In this document: positions 53,148 through 61,870 of the stretch, in pieces
Position numbering within the stretch: position 1 is the stretch's first letter
Layout: each line of letters opens with the position of its first letter
Assembly: GCA_013141255.1 (NCBI GenBank)
Contig: JABFRJ010000318.1
Coordinates: forward strand, 1,053-65,052
Length of the DNA: 64,000 nucleotides
Source of the DNA: Hyphomicrobiaceae bacterium
Lineage (GTDB): Bacteria; Pseudomonadota; Alphaproteobacteria; Rhizobiales; Hyphomicrobiaceae
Direction: 5' to 3'
Made by a program: the position numbers and the translations under genes
Notes under the pieces: model-generated
Seen by the model: only the letters and a program-made list of their open reading frames with translations
What the model was told of the DNA's origin: nothing
Databases searched by the model: none

Positions 53148-54545
53148 GTGACAACACCCCCATCGTCCTTAAAATCGCTGGTTCTTGCGACTGTTCTCAT
53201 GAGCATCGGAGGGTGCGCCAACCTTGTTGACACTGAAGCAATGCGGCTATGCCGCAGCTTAATCCCAGCCCTCGATCAAACCGCAACGCGGGTTCGCATT
53301 ATTGAAACCATTGAAACCAAAACCACACGCGAAGGCGTCTTTGCCGTGGCACTCGACTACGTGACCGTACGCACAACGGCACCAATCCCAGAACAGCAAC
53401 CAGAACCGCCGCAACGGATCGCTTGCACATTCTCAACACGCGATTGGGTTAGCCCACAATCGAGCATCGACGCGCTAACAGCAGTTACCTCAGATGCATC
53501 AGGCGCGTTAGGCCCGCTCCGACTTCAGCTTCTAAAAAGATACTGGCTTGAGCGCGGCGAGGCCGCCGCGTCCGACCCCGCTCCCTACTCCGATCTCGGC
53601 ATGAGACCCCACATTTCCCGCCCACTCGCAACTCTGCTGCAAACGCTTTTAAGCGCCGCACCGCTGATCTCGATTTACGCGCTTCTGGCCGCCGCTTACG
53701 CACTTATTTACGGACTACTAGGACGCATCAATCTGGCCTTTGGCGAACTGACAATGCTGGCCGGGTATGGCGGTTTTTTAGGCTCGGCTATAATACTTGG
53801 ATCTGCGTCATCTCTGGCCCTCGCCATCGCATTCGCGCTCATAACCGCCATCGCACATGGCGTCGCACTTGGTCGCTTAGTCATTGCGCCACTATCCCGT
53901 GCACCCGGCCAACATATGCTCATCGCAACACTCGGCTTAGCCATCGTTTGGTCAGAAGCCGTACGACTGGCCCAAGGCAACGGCAACCGATGGATGCCTC
54001 CACTCCTCAACCGGCCATGGGCTTTGGCGCAAAGCGACGACCTTACGATAACAGCCACACCAATGGCGTTTGTCGTGGTCTCCGTGTCCATCTTCACCGC
54101 CGCAACGCTCCTAATTACCATGAAAAAATCGCGCTTCGGCCGCCACTGGCGCGCCTATGCAGATGATCCGAAAGCCGCCGCACTCATGGGGTTAAGCCCA
54201 CACACAATCGTCACCACAACCATGCTGGCAGCATCAGTACTGTCCGGCATCGCCGGTCTGTTGATGATGCTATATTACGGCGGCGTTGGTTTCTCCGGCG
54301 GCCTCGCCACTGGGCTAAAAGCCCTTGTCGGCGCGGTTCTGGGCGGGCTTGCGACGCCCCGCAGCGCGCTACTCGGCGGATTAGTTTTGGGCTTTGCCGA
54401 AGCGGTTTGGTCGGCCCTCTTCCCCATCGAGCACCGCGACGCAGCAATCTTCGCCCTTTTAATCGCTATGCTAATCTTACGCCCGGACGGCCTATTCACA
54501 CCGCCCGCCTTTAGATCGGTGGCAGCGGCACCGACGTCGCCATAA
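53148..54545 (+). CDS. Branched-chain amino acid ABC-type permease (LivH/BPD_transp_2 family) with extra N-terminal lipobox-bearing domain
   Basis: The C-terminal ~300 aa match the LivH-like pattern (LIYGLLGRINLAFGELTMLAGY...). The N-terminal ~150 aa start with LVLATVLMSIGGC, a lipobox-like sequence. No partner ABC genes are adjacent. Confidence 0.8.
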   Translation: MTTPPSSLKSLVLATVLMSIGGCANLVDTEAMRLCRSLIPALDQTATRVRIIETIETKTTREGVFAVALDYVTVRTTAPIPEQQPEPPQRIACTFSTRDWVSPQSSIDALTAVTSDASGALGPLRLQLLKRYWLERGEAAASDPAPYSDLGMRPHISRPLATLLQTLLSAAPLISIYALLAAAYALIYGLLGRINLAFGELTMLAGYGGFLGSAIILGSASSLALAIAFALITAIAHGVALGRLVIAPLSRAPGQHMLIATLGLAIVWSEAVRLAQGNGNRWMPPLLNRPWALAQSDDLTITATPMAFVVVSVSIFTAATLLITMKKSRFGRHWRAYADDPKAAALMGLSPHTIVTTTMLAASVLSGIAGLLMMLYYGGVGFSGGLATGLKALVGAVLGGLATPRSALLGGLVLGFAEAVWSALFPIEHRDAAIFALLIAMLILRPDGLFTPPAFRSVAAAPTSP

Positions 54546-55899
54546 ACGCCTGACGCTGACGCTCAGACACCGTTTCCAAATCGAAGCCGTCAATCGTCTC
54601 GTTGAACATTCGAAACCAATTTGCCCGCGCATTAAGGTGTAAGAACACGCCGCCTAGACCAATGGCCGCCCGATCCATAAACACAAACTCGCGGGGCACA
54701 GTGACTGGCCCTTTTTCTTTCAATGCCTTGTGTACCGAGAACGCTTCCTTGCGACCATATTCACCCGGCGACACATCCTCCGCAATCGCCCGCACGCGAT
54801 CATCAAGCAGCGGTCCATAAATAAACCGCGCCCAGATATTCATGACGTCAATCAGTTCTGTTGTGAGCCCCTTGAAACCCCAGGTTTCATAAGCGTGCAC
54901 AACGCGTGCCCGATCTCCTTCAAGAAGACCACGATAAAGATCGACCACGCCGCCAACGAATTTGACAGGAAACGAACGAATGCAGCCATAGTCTAACAAG
55001 TTGACACCAGCCGGTCGACCCTCACGCTCGAAAATTGAGTAATTGCCGAGGTGCGGATCACCGTGGATCACTCCGTAGTGCGAAAACGGAAACCACCATG
55101 CGCGGAACATCGCCTGCGCAATCGCGTTACGATCATCCAGCGGATGCTCTTTGAACGCCATCAGCGGCTTACCCTCAAGCCATGTCATCGACAACAAGCG
55201 CTTAGTCGACAGCTCTGAAACCACTTTCGGTACGCGAATACCGGCGTCTCCAGCGAAGATCAGAGCATAAAGCGCCATATGCCGAGCTTCGAGCTCATAG
55301 TTGAGTTCCTCGCGCAGTCGCGCCGAAATTTCCTGCAAAATTTCAGCAGTATCGATGGCTCGGTCCATTCGCGCATGAATGGCAAACACGACCTTGAGCT
55401 GCGTCAGATCCGCCTCCACTGCCGACTGCATGTCCGGATACTGCAGCTTCACAGCCAGCGCGCGCCCATCTGGTGCCAGCGCTTTGTGCACTTGCCCGAG
55501 CGATGCTGAGGCCGACGAAGCCAACTCAAACGATCGAAACCTCTGCTGCCATGCCGGTCCCAACTCCGCCACCATCCGCCGTTTCACAAAAGCAGGCCCC
55601 ATGGGCGGGGCCTGGGACTGCAGTTGCGACAATTGCGCCGCGTACTCTTTCGGCAACGCTTCCGGGATCGTCGACAGCAATTGCGCGACTTTCATAATTG
55701 GGCCCTTGAGCCCACCCAGCGCCTGCGCGAGTGCCGCCGCGTTCTGGTTATTGTCTGCTTCCATCCCAAAGAAGCGTTGTCCCGCAACCTTCGCCGCAAT
55801 TGCCCCGACGTTCGTACCCACGCGCACATAGCGCGCAGCCCGCGCGGACAAGCGATTTTCCTCGTCGTCACTCACTAAAAGCTCTCTCCTATTGGCCAT
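54511..55899 (-). CDS. ABC1/UbiB-family atypical protein kinase
   Basis: ASASLGQVHKA, VAVKLQYPD, IHGDPHLGNY and the ABC1 N-terminal helices (GGLKGPIMKVAQLLSTIP). Confidence 0.9.
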   Translation of the reverse strand: MANRRELLVSDDEENRLSARAARYVRVGTNVGAIAAKVAGQRFFGMEADNNQNAAALAQALGGLKGPIMKVAQLLSTIPEALPKEYAAQLSQLQSQAPPMGPAFVKRRMVAELGPAWQQRFRSFELASSASASLGQVHKALAPDGRALAVKLQYPDMQSAVEADLTQLKVVFAIHARMDRAIDTAEILQEISARLREELNYELEARHMALYALIFAGDAGIRVPKVVSELSTKRLLSMTWLEGKPLMAFKEHPLDDRNAIAQAMFRAWWFPFSHYGVIHGDPHLGNYSIFEREGRPAGVNLLDYGCIRSFPVKFVGGVVDLYRGLLEGDRARVVHAYETWGFKGLTTELIDVMNIWARFIYGPLLDDRVRAIAEDVSPGEYGRKEAFSVHKALKEKGPVTVPREFVFMDRAAIGLGGVFLHLNARANWFRMFNETIDGFDLETVSERQRQAFMATSVPLPPI

Positions 55900-56010
55900 G
55901 CGCCAAAAAGCGCCGGCAAGTCCTCATTAGGCCACATAACCAACGCCGCACCGCACAACCGATCGTGTCTTGCAGACCATAACGTGAATGCTACTATAGT
56001 CTAAGACGAA

Positions 56011-56613
56011 GTGGTCACTTCAGCATTCCAAGTCAGCGCAACGGACCCCGCCATGCGCCCAAAACATGCAAACATCGTCAGCTCTATACCGAACAACAAC
56101 GCCTCGAGTTTTGAAGTCTACTGGAACAGGGAACGACTGCGTCGCTTGGCTTGGATCATCGCAGGCATAACGGCCTTGTCATTGCCTCTTGCAGCCGCCA
56201 GTTCCACGGCAACCCGTATCGTCGCTCTGCTATGGATGTGCGGGCTGTTCGTTGCAACCCTTGCAGTAATTCGGCGCATCAACACCGATACGCCCATTCT
56301 GGTGATCAATCACCAAGGCATAATTGACAGCCGCCTCAACCATGACCCGATCTATTGGTCCGACATCGACGCTGTTGCTCCTTGCGACCCTCATCATAGT
56401 CGCGTGCTCGAACTTTATCTGAAATGGCCAGAATACCGCCTTGCAAAGGCACGTCCCCTCATCCGTTTGGGCGGCGCTTTGCAACGGCGTGTCGGGGTCC
56501 CCGCTCTTACACTCAGCCTGCTCTTTCTCGACTGCGAACTAATCGCTGTTTGCGACGCCATCGCAACATTCCGGCCCGGTTTATTGCCAAGCCAACTCAT
56601 TCATCACGACTGA
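56011..56613 (+). CDS. Hypothetical membrane protein (two TM segments plus PH-like cytoplasmic domain)
   Basis: 200-aa ORF with TM pair WIIAGITALSLPLAAASS / LLWMCGLFVATLAVI. The start is uncertain, with an alternative ATG at 56053. No family firmly recognised. Confidence 0.5.
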   Translation: MVTSAFQVSATDPAMRPKHANIVSSIPNNNASSFEVYWNRERLRRLAWIIAGITALSLPLAAASSTATRIVALLWMCGLFVATLAVIRRINTDTPILVINHQGIIDSRLNHDPIYWSDIDAVAPCDPHHSRVLELYLKWPEYRLAKARPLIRLGGALQRRVGVPALTLSLLFLDCELIAVCDAIATFRPGLLPSQLIHHD

Positions 56614-56627
56614 ACACATAACTTTGT

Positions 56628-57821
56628 TTACTCAGACTTCAACGCGTGCGCGATAATCTTGCGCATCACGCTCGGCAACGCTTCCGCATGTAAATCATGT
56701 CGATGCACGAATTTGCAGCGCTTCGGCTCAGCCCACAGATTGAGCGAAACGTCGGTCGGCACGAGTGCCCGCATAACGCTGATCTCAAGCCTAAAATGCG
56801 TAAAAATGTGAACAACATCCTCAGCCACCTGCCACCAATCAGCGCTAACCGGTGCACCAGCGAGCGCCTCCTTGCGTGACGGCAGATCCGCGTCCCACGC
56901 AGTTGATGGCACTTCCAACATTCCACCCAGCAATCCAGCATCCGGCCGTTTGCGCACAAGCACCGCGCCATCCTCGCACAACGCCACAAAAGCAATCGCC
57001 CGGCGCACCGGCCGCTCTGCCTTTTGCAAACGCTTCGGCAACGCTTCAGCGATGCCAAGCGACTGACCGTGACACTGCGCCTTGATCGGACACATCAAAC
57101 ACGACGGGCGTTTGGGCGAACACACAGTCGCCCCCAAATCCATCATTGCTTGAGCAAAATCGCCCGCTCTCAGGTCAGGCGTTAAAGTCTGAGCCAGAGC
57201 CTTTATCGCAGGCTTGGCCTTGGGCATTGGCGTGTCAATTGCAAACAGTCGCGACACCACACGCTCGACATTACCATCAACAACGGTCGCCTTTTGCCCA
57301 AACGCAATCGCTGCAATCGCAGCAGCAGTGTAGGGCCCAATACCGGGCAACTCAGCCAACGCCGTTTCTGTATTTGGAAATTTTCCCTTATGCTGTTTCA
57401 CTACAACGATTGCGCACTTATGCAAATTTCGAGCGCGGGAATAATACCCAAGCCCAGCCCAGGCTGCGAGAACATCATCAATCGGTGCAGCAGCCAACGT
57501 CTTCACAGTCGGCCAGCGACGCGTAAATGCCTCAAAATACGGAATGACCGCCTTCACGGTCGTCTGTTGCAGCATAATTTCCGATAGCCAAACGCGGTAA
57601 GCGTCCGCGGGAACACCAGGCCGATACCGCCACGGCAAAACGCGCGCTTCGCGGTCGTACCAAGCAAGCAAACGCGCCGCCACATCAGCTGGCGGATCAA
57701 CTTTGATATGTGCTTTAACCCTTGCCGACCGCCGACGGCGAACAGGCACACCACGTTCCTCCGGCTCATCGCTGTCCGATGGTTGCGATTGAAGTCTTCG
57801 GGTCTTGCCAATCACATCCAT
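56628..57821 (-). CDS. mutY: A/G-specific adenine DNA glycosylase
   Basis: HhH-GPD motifs (WLSEIMLQQTTV, LPGIGPYTAAAIAAIAF), a 4Fe-4S cluster loop (CSPKRPSCLMCPIKAQC) and a C-terminal NUDIX-like domain. Confidence 0.93.
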   Translation of the reverse strand: MDVIGKTRRLQSQPSDSDEPEERGVPVRRRRSARVKAHIKVDPPADVAARLLAWYDREARVLPWRYRPGVPADAYRVWLSEIMLQQTTVKAVIPYFEAFTRRWPTVKTLAAAPIDDVLAAWAGLGYYSRARNLHKCAIVVVKQHKGKFPNTETALAELPGIGPYTAAAIAAIAFGQKATVVDGNVERVVSRLFAIDTPMPKAKPAIKALAQTLTPDLRAGDFAQAMMDLGATVCSPKRPSCLMCPIKAQCHGQSLGIAEALPKRLQKAERPVRRAIAFVALCEDGAVLVRKRPDAGLLGGMLEVPSTAWDADLPSRKEALAGAPVSADWWQVAEDVVHIFTHFRLEISVMRALVPTDVSLNLWAEPKRCKFVHRHDLHAEALPSVMRKIIAHALKSE

Positions 57822-57977
57822 CGTGCCCTCGCCAGGCGATCGACCGAAATCGAGCGTAAGGAGTCGCAGTCAATATCGACTCTGTGAGTGAACCGTTAGA
57901 ATCACTTGCCCAAGTCTACCCCCCGCGCGACAGTTCCCAAACGCTTCTCTCGACCGAGTCGACACACAACATTCGCC

Positions 57978-58628
57978 ATGAACAATAAAGCACCACCACC
58001 GACAAAGGCGAAAACTGCTGCAAAAAAGGCAGTCACATCGCCCAAAACGACGGCATCGAAAGAGACCGCGGCCAAAGCAGCTGCGACTAAGACGCCGCCG
58101 CCTCCAGCGCCGCCACGCCCGTTCGCGGCCCCTCGCCAAATTGCCGGGTTTGTCCCGAGCCTCACACGCAAAGCCTTCGAAAAATACGGCTTTTCCGCCG
58201 TCGCGCTCATAACCGATTGGACCGAGATTGTCGGTCGAGAATTAGCCACATACACAGCGCCCGAACGCCTCAAATGGCCACGCGCGCCAGAAGGCGAACC
58301 ATCAGAAGACATGCAGCAGCGCAAACGTGACGGCGCCGTCCTCACCCTCCGTGTCGACGGCGCTCGCGCACTTGAAATGGAATACCGCCGCGCCGAAGTC
58401 GCCGAGCGTGTCAACGCTTACTTTGGCTACCGGGCCGTCGGAGATGTCCGCATTTTGCAAGCACCGATCGATGTTAAGCCCGTCCGCAAACGCCTGATCC
58501 CCACTGCCGCAGATGCGAGCCCCCTGCCAGATGTGACCGATCCCGCCCTGCGCGAAGCCCTTGAAAAACTCGGCCGTGGCCTCAAAGCCAAGTCCCGCGT
58601 GACAAATAAGCCTGACACGTCCAAGTAA
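57978..58628 (+). CDS. DUF721 (DciA-like) domain protein with Lys/Ala/Pro-rich N-terminal tail
   Basis: From ATG 57978. Tail KAPPPTKAKTAAKKAVTSPKTTASKETAAKAAATKTPPPPAPPRP, then a DUF721 core (ALITDWTEIVGRELATYTAPERL...LTLRVDGARALEMEYRRAEVAERVNAYFGYRAV). Divergent from mutY, as in other Rhizobiales. Confidence 0.8.
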   Translation: MNNKAPPPTKAKTAAKKAVTSPKTTASKETAAKAAATKTPPPPAPPRPFAAPRQIAGFVPSLTRKAFEKYGFSAVALITDWTEIVGRELATYTAPERLKWPRAPEGEPSEDMQQRKRDGAVLTLRVDGARALEMEYRRAEVAERVNAYFGYRAVGDVRILQAPIDVKPVRKRLIPTAADASPLPDVTDPALREALEKLGRGLKAKSRVTNKPDTSK

Positions 58629-58725
58629 GAGAACCACCTCTCGGCAATATCGCTTTGCCCCGTTATAAGCCTAAGTCGTGAACCTCAACGCCGCCCGCAG
58701 GAAAAGAAGGGCCTAACCGCCCACC

Positions 58726-60792
58726 ATGGCGCCCATCCCAAACAAACCACGTTTGCTCGATCGAGCCGTCGGCGCCACCGTCGCGGGTTACATCCGTTTG
58801 GTCGAACGGACGTCGCAGCGACCACCATTGATGCACGACTACGCAGCCGATCTCATACAGCATCATCCCGCCATTTTCGCGATGTGGCACGGCCAGTTCG
58901 CGCTTCTCCCAACCATGAACCAATTTAAAATACCGACTAAGGCCATGCTCGCGCTGCATCGTGACGCCGAAGGTCTGGCCCACGCACTCGCACGCTACGA
59001 CATCGAACTCATTCGTGGTGCAGGCGCGGGCGTCAAAGGCAAAGACCGCGGCGGCGCCAATGCCTTTCGCAACGCCGTCTCAGCACTTGATGATGGTTAT
59101 TCTGTTGCCATGACTGCCGATGTACCGCCGGGGCCCGCCCGCCGCTCTGGCCACGGCATTGTCACGCTCGCCAAAATTTCAGGTCGCCCCATCATACCAG
59201 TCGCCATGTGCTCGTCGCGCTATTGGTCACTCAAGACCTGGAGCCGCATGACGCTCAATCTCCCGTTCTCACGACTGGGCGCATCGTTCGGCGAACCAAT
59301 CTGGGTCCCTAAAGACGCAACACCAGACGAACTCGAACGCCTTCGTCAAAAAGTCGAAGAAAATCTCAACATCGCAACCATCGACGCTTACGCCCGCGCA
59401 GGCGTCTCTCACATTAGATCCACACCACCAGCTGCCCTCACGGCGTCAGGCGAACGCGCAGTACCGGGCCGCAAGCTGAGGATCTATCGCGGGTTTACCA
59501 AAGCGCTGGCACCAGCCACACCATTGCTTCTGAAGTTTCGAGAACGCCGCAACAAGGAAGACTCCACGCGACGCAACGAACGCTTTGGCATTGCCAGTGC
59601 CGCACGCCCCATCGGCACTGTAATTTGGTTCCATGCCGCAAGCGTTGGCGAAACCAATGCCGTTATCCCCTTGATAGAAGAATTGAGACAACTTCGCCCC
59701 CGAACACACGTTTTGCTCACGACCGGGACTGTCACCTCAGCTCGCGTCGCCACGACGCGCCTTAACGGCATCGCCATTCACCAATACGTACCGTACGATG
59801 CGCCCAAGTTCGTCGAGCGCTTCCTCAATCATTGGCAGCCCAATCTCGCAATCTTCGTTGAAAGCGAGATCTGGCCCAACCTGATTTTGAGCGCGACAAG
59901 CAAAAACATCCCGCTCGTACTCGTCAACGGACGCATGTCAAAAGGCTCGTTCCGCAATTGGCGCCAGAATGTTGATGTTGCACGGCCGATTTTCAGTCGC
60001 TTCGCCGCCATCATGGCCCAAGATCGTGCCTTCGCCGAACGCTTCGTCGCACTCGGTGGCGCCAATGTTACCGTCTCGGGTAATCTAAAAACAGATAGCC
60101 CCCCCCTGCCCGTCAACGCTGCAGCACGCACCAAGCTTGAGCTTCGACTCGGGGATCGCCCGCTCCTGCTCGCGGCCTCAACTCACGACGACGAAGAAGA
60201 CATCCTCGCCGCAGCTCACACTCAACTGCGCGCAACCCACCCCCGTCTAATCACCATTATCGCGCCGCGCCACCCTGAACGCGCCACCGCAATAATCGAG
60301 CGGCTACAGGGGCAAGGTTACGACGTCCGCCAACGTAGCCGCGACCAAGAACCCGATACCTCTGGCACAAAATCGACTGACGGCATCTATCTCGCCGATA
60401 CATTGAATGAACTCGGCACGCTGTTCGCAATCGCCCAAGTCGCTTTTATCGGTAAATCATTGAGCCGTGAACCCGGCGGCCATAACCCAATCGAAGCTGT
60501 CCGCCACGGTGCTGTCGTATTGACCGGCCCCGGTTGGAGCAACTTCACCGAAAGCTTTACAGCCCTATTGAAAGCTGGTGGCGCGCTTGAAGTCCGAAAT
60601 GCCGACGAAATCGCGACCGCTGCAGCTCACCTGTTTGACGACGGCTCGGAACGTGCTCGCATGCGCAAATCAGCTGAAGGCGCACTTGAAAATCTGACCG
60701 GTGCGTTGGCCAAGACGCGTGCAGTGATCCTAACCCATCTGGCGCCAGAGACCACACCAGCACCAGTACGGGAGCTGACCGGTGTCAGCTAG
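58726..60792 (+). CDS. waaA: Fusion protein: DUF374 (lysophospholipid-acyltransferase-like) domain plus 3-deoxy-D-manno-octulosonic acid transferase
   Basis: Single 688-aa ORF. Residues ~1-225 look like DUF374 (AIFAMWHGQFALLP...VAMTADVPPGPARRSGHGIVTLAKISGRPIIPV). Residues ~250-688 look like KdtA/WaaA (IWFHAASVGETNAVIPLIEEL...GGHNPIEA). Confidence 0.9.
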   Translation: MAPIPNKPRLLDRAVGATVAGYIRLVERTSQRPPLMHDYAADLIQHHPAIFAMWHGQFALLPTMNQFKIPTKAMLALHRDAEGLAHALARYDIELIRGAGAGVKGKDRGGANAFRNAVSALDDGYSVAMTADVPPGPARRSGHGIVTLAKISGRPIIPVAMCSSRYWSLKTWSRMTLNLPFSRLGASFGEPIWVPKDATPDELERLRQKVEENLNIATIDAYARAGVSHIRSTPPAALTASGERAVPGRKLRIYRGFTKALAPATPLLLKFRERRNKEDSTRRNERFGIASAARPIGTVIWFHAASVGETNAVIPLIEELRQLRPRTHVLLTTGTVTSARVATTRLNGIAIHQYVPYDAPKFVERFLNHWQPNLAIFVESEIWPNLILSATSKNIPLVLVNGRMSKGSFRNWRQNVDVARPIFSRFAAIMAQDRAFAERFVALGGANVTVSGNLKTDSPPLPVNAAARTKLELRLGDRPLLLAASTHDDEEDILAAAHTQLRATHPRLITIIAPRHPERATAIIERLQGQGYDVRQRSRDQEPDTSGTKSTDGIYLADTLNELGTLFAIAQVAFIGKSLSREPGGHNPIEAVRHGAVVLTGPGWSNFTESFTALLKAGGALEVRNADEIATAAAHLFDDGSERARMRKSAEGALENLTGALAKTRAVILTHLAPETTPAPVRELTGVS

Positions 60793-61870
60793 TCAAAGAG
60801 GTGACGCACCATTCTGGTGGTATCGCGACACCATCAGTTGGCAGTCGCGCCTGATCACGAAAACGCTCACCCCGGTGGCCGCCGTCTATGGCGCCGTTGC
60901 GACACGTCGATTGAACAAACCACCCGTCTACACTTCAAAACTGCCCGTCATCTGCGTCGGCAATTTCACGGCGGGCGGCACAGGCAAAACGCCTCTGGTA
61001 CGCGCCATCTGCGCACACCTCCAAACCACAGGCCATACACCCGTCATTCTCTCACGCGGCTACGGCGGCAGCATCAAAGGCCAGCACATCGTCGATAAGG
61101 ATCGCGACATCGCCACACAGGTCGGCGACGAACCACTTCTATTAGCGCAAGACAACGCTGTCGTCGTGAGCGCTGACCGTGCCGCGGGCGCACGCTTCAT
61201 CGAAGCCAATGAAAGCTTACTGAAAGCCACCATCATCGTCATGGACGATGGCCTGCAAAACCCATCCCTTCGCAAAGATGTCCGCATCGCCGTCGTCGAT
61301 CGCGTGCGCGGCATTGGAAATGGCCGTGTCATCCCCGCCGGCCCCCTGCGTGCACCAATATCGGATCAAATCTATCGCACTGATATTATCGTCACTGTGA
61401 CGCCGCCCGATGCAAACCTAACGACGCCACGCCCCGAGATCATGGGTCAGTTTGGCATCGCATTCGCGTTCGACACAGAGATCCTTGCCGCAAACGATAC
61501 ATCCTGGCTTAAAAATGAAAACATTGTCGCTTACGCCGGGATCGGCGCGCCAGAGCGATTTTTCAAAATGCTCGAAAACTATGGCGCACAGATCGTCGAC
61601 CGTGTGGCATTTCCCGATCACCACACCTTCAGCGAAACCGAAGCAACGGCCCTACTCACCCGAGCGAAAAACAAGCGCGCAACACTCGTAACGACCGAAA
61701 AAGACAAGGTGCGCTTGAAGGGCTCAGTCGGCGCTTTGGCAGAACTGGCGACCGCCAGTCGCGTCATTGCTATCACTGCAACACTCGATGTTCATGCCAC
61801 AACAGCAATCGCGGAAATTCTGAAGCAGCGATTTTACGGCGACCGAACCGATGAGATCATCAAGCCTTAG
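60782..61870 (+). CDS. lpxK: Tetraacyldisaccharide 4'-kinase
   Basis: P-loop VICVGNFTAGGTGKTP, SRGYGG and GDEP. The GTG start overlaps the waaA stop. Confidence 0.93.
   Translation: MSASQRGDAPFWWYRDTISWQSRLITKTLTPVAAVYGAVATRRLNKPPVYTSKLPVICVGNFTAGGTGKTPLVRAICAHLQTTGHTPVILSRGYGGSIKGQHIVDKDRDIATQVGDEPLLLAQDNAVVVSADRAAGARFIEANESLLKATIIVMDDGLQNPSLRKDVRIAVVDRVRGIGNGRVIPAGPLRAPISDQIYRTDIIVTVTPPDANLTTPRPEIMGQFGIAFAFDTEILAANDTSWLKNENIVAYAGIGAPERFFKMLENYGAQIVDRVAFPDHHTFSETEATALLTRAKNKRATLVTTEKDKVRLKGSVGALAELATASRVIAITATLDVHATTAIAEILKQRFYGDRTDEIIKP

Noticed and set aside
54511-54545. 35-nt convergent overlap of the LivH-like permease and the ABC1 kinase 3' ends
   Set aside because: Short convergent overlaps are common. 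There is no hairpin or other signal suggesting antisense regulation.
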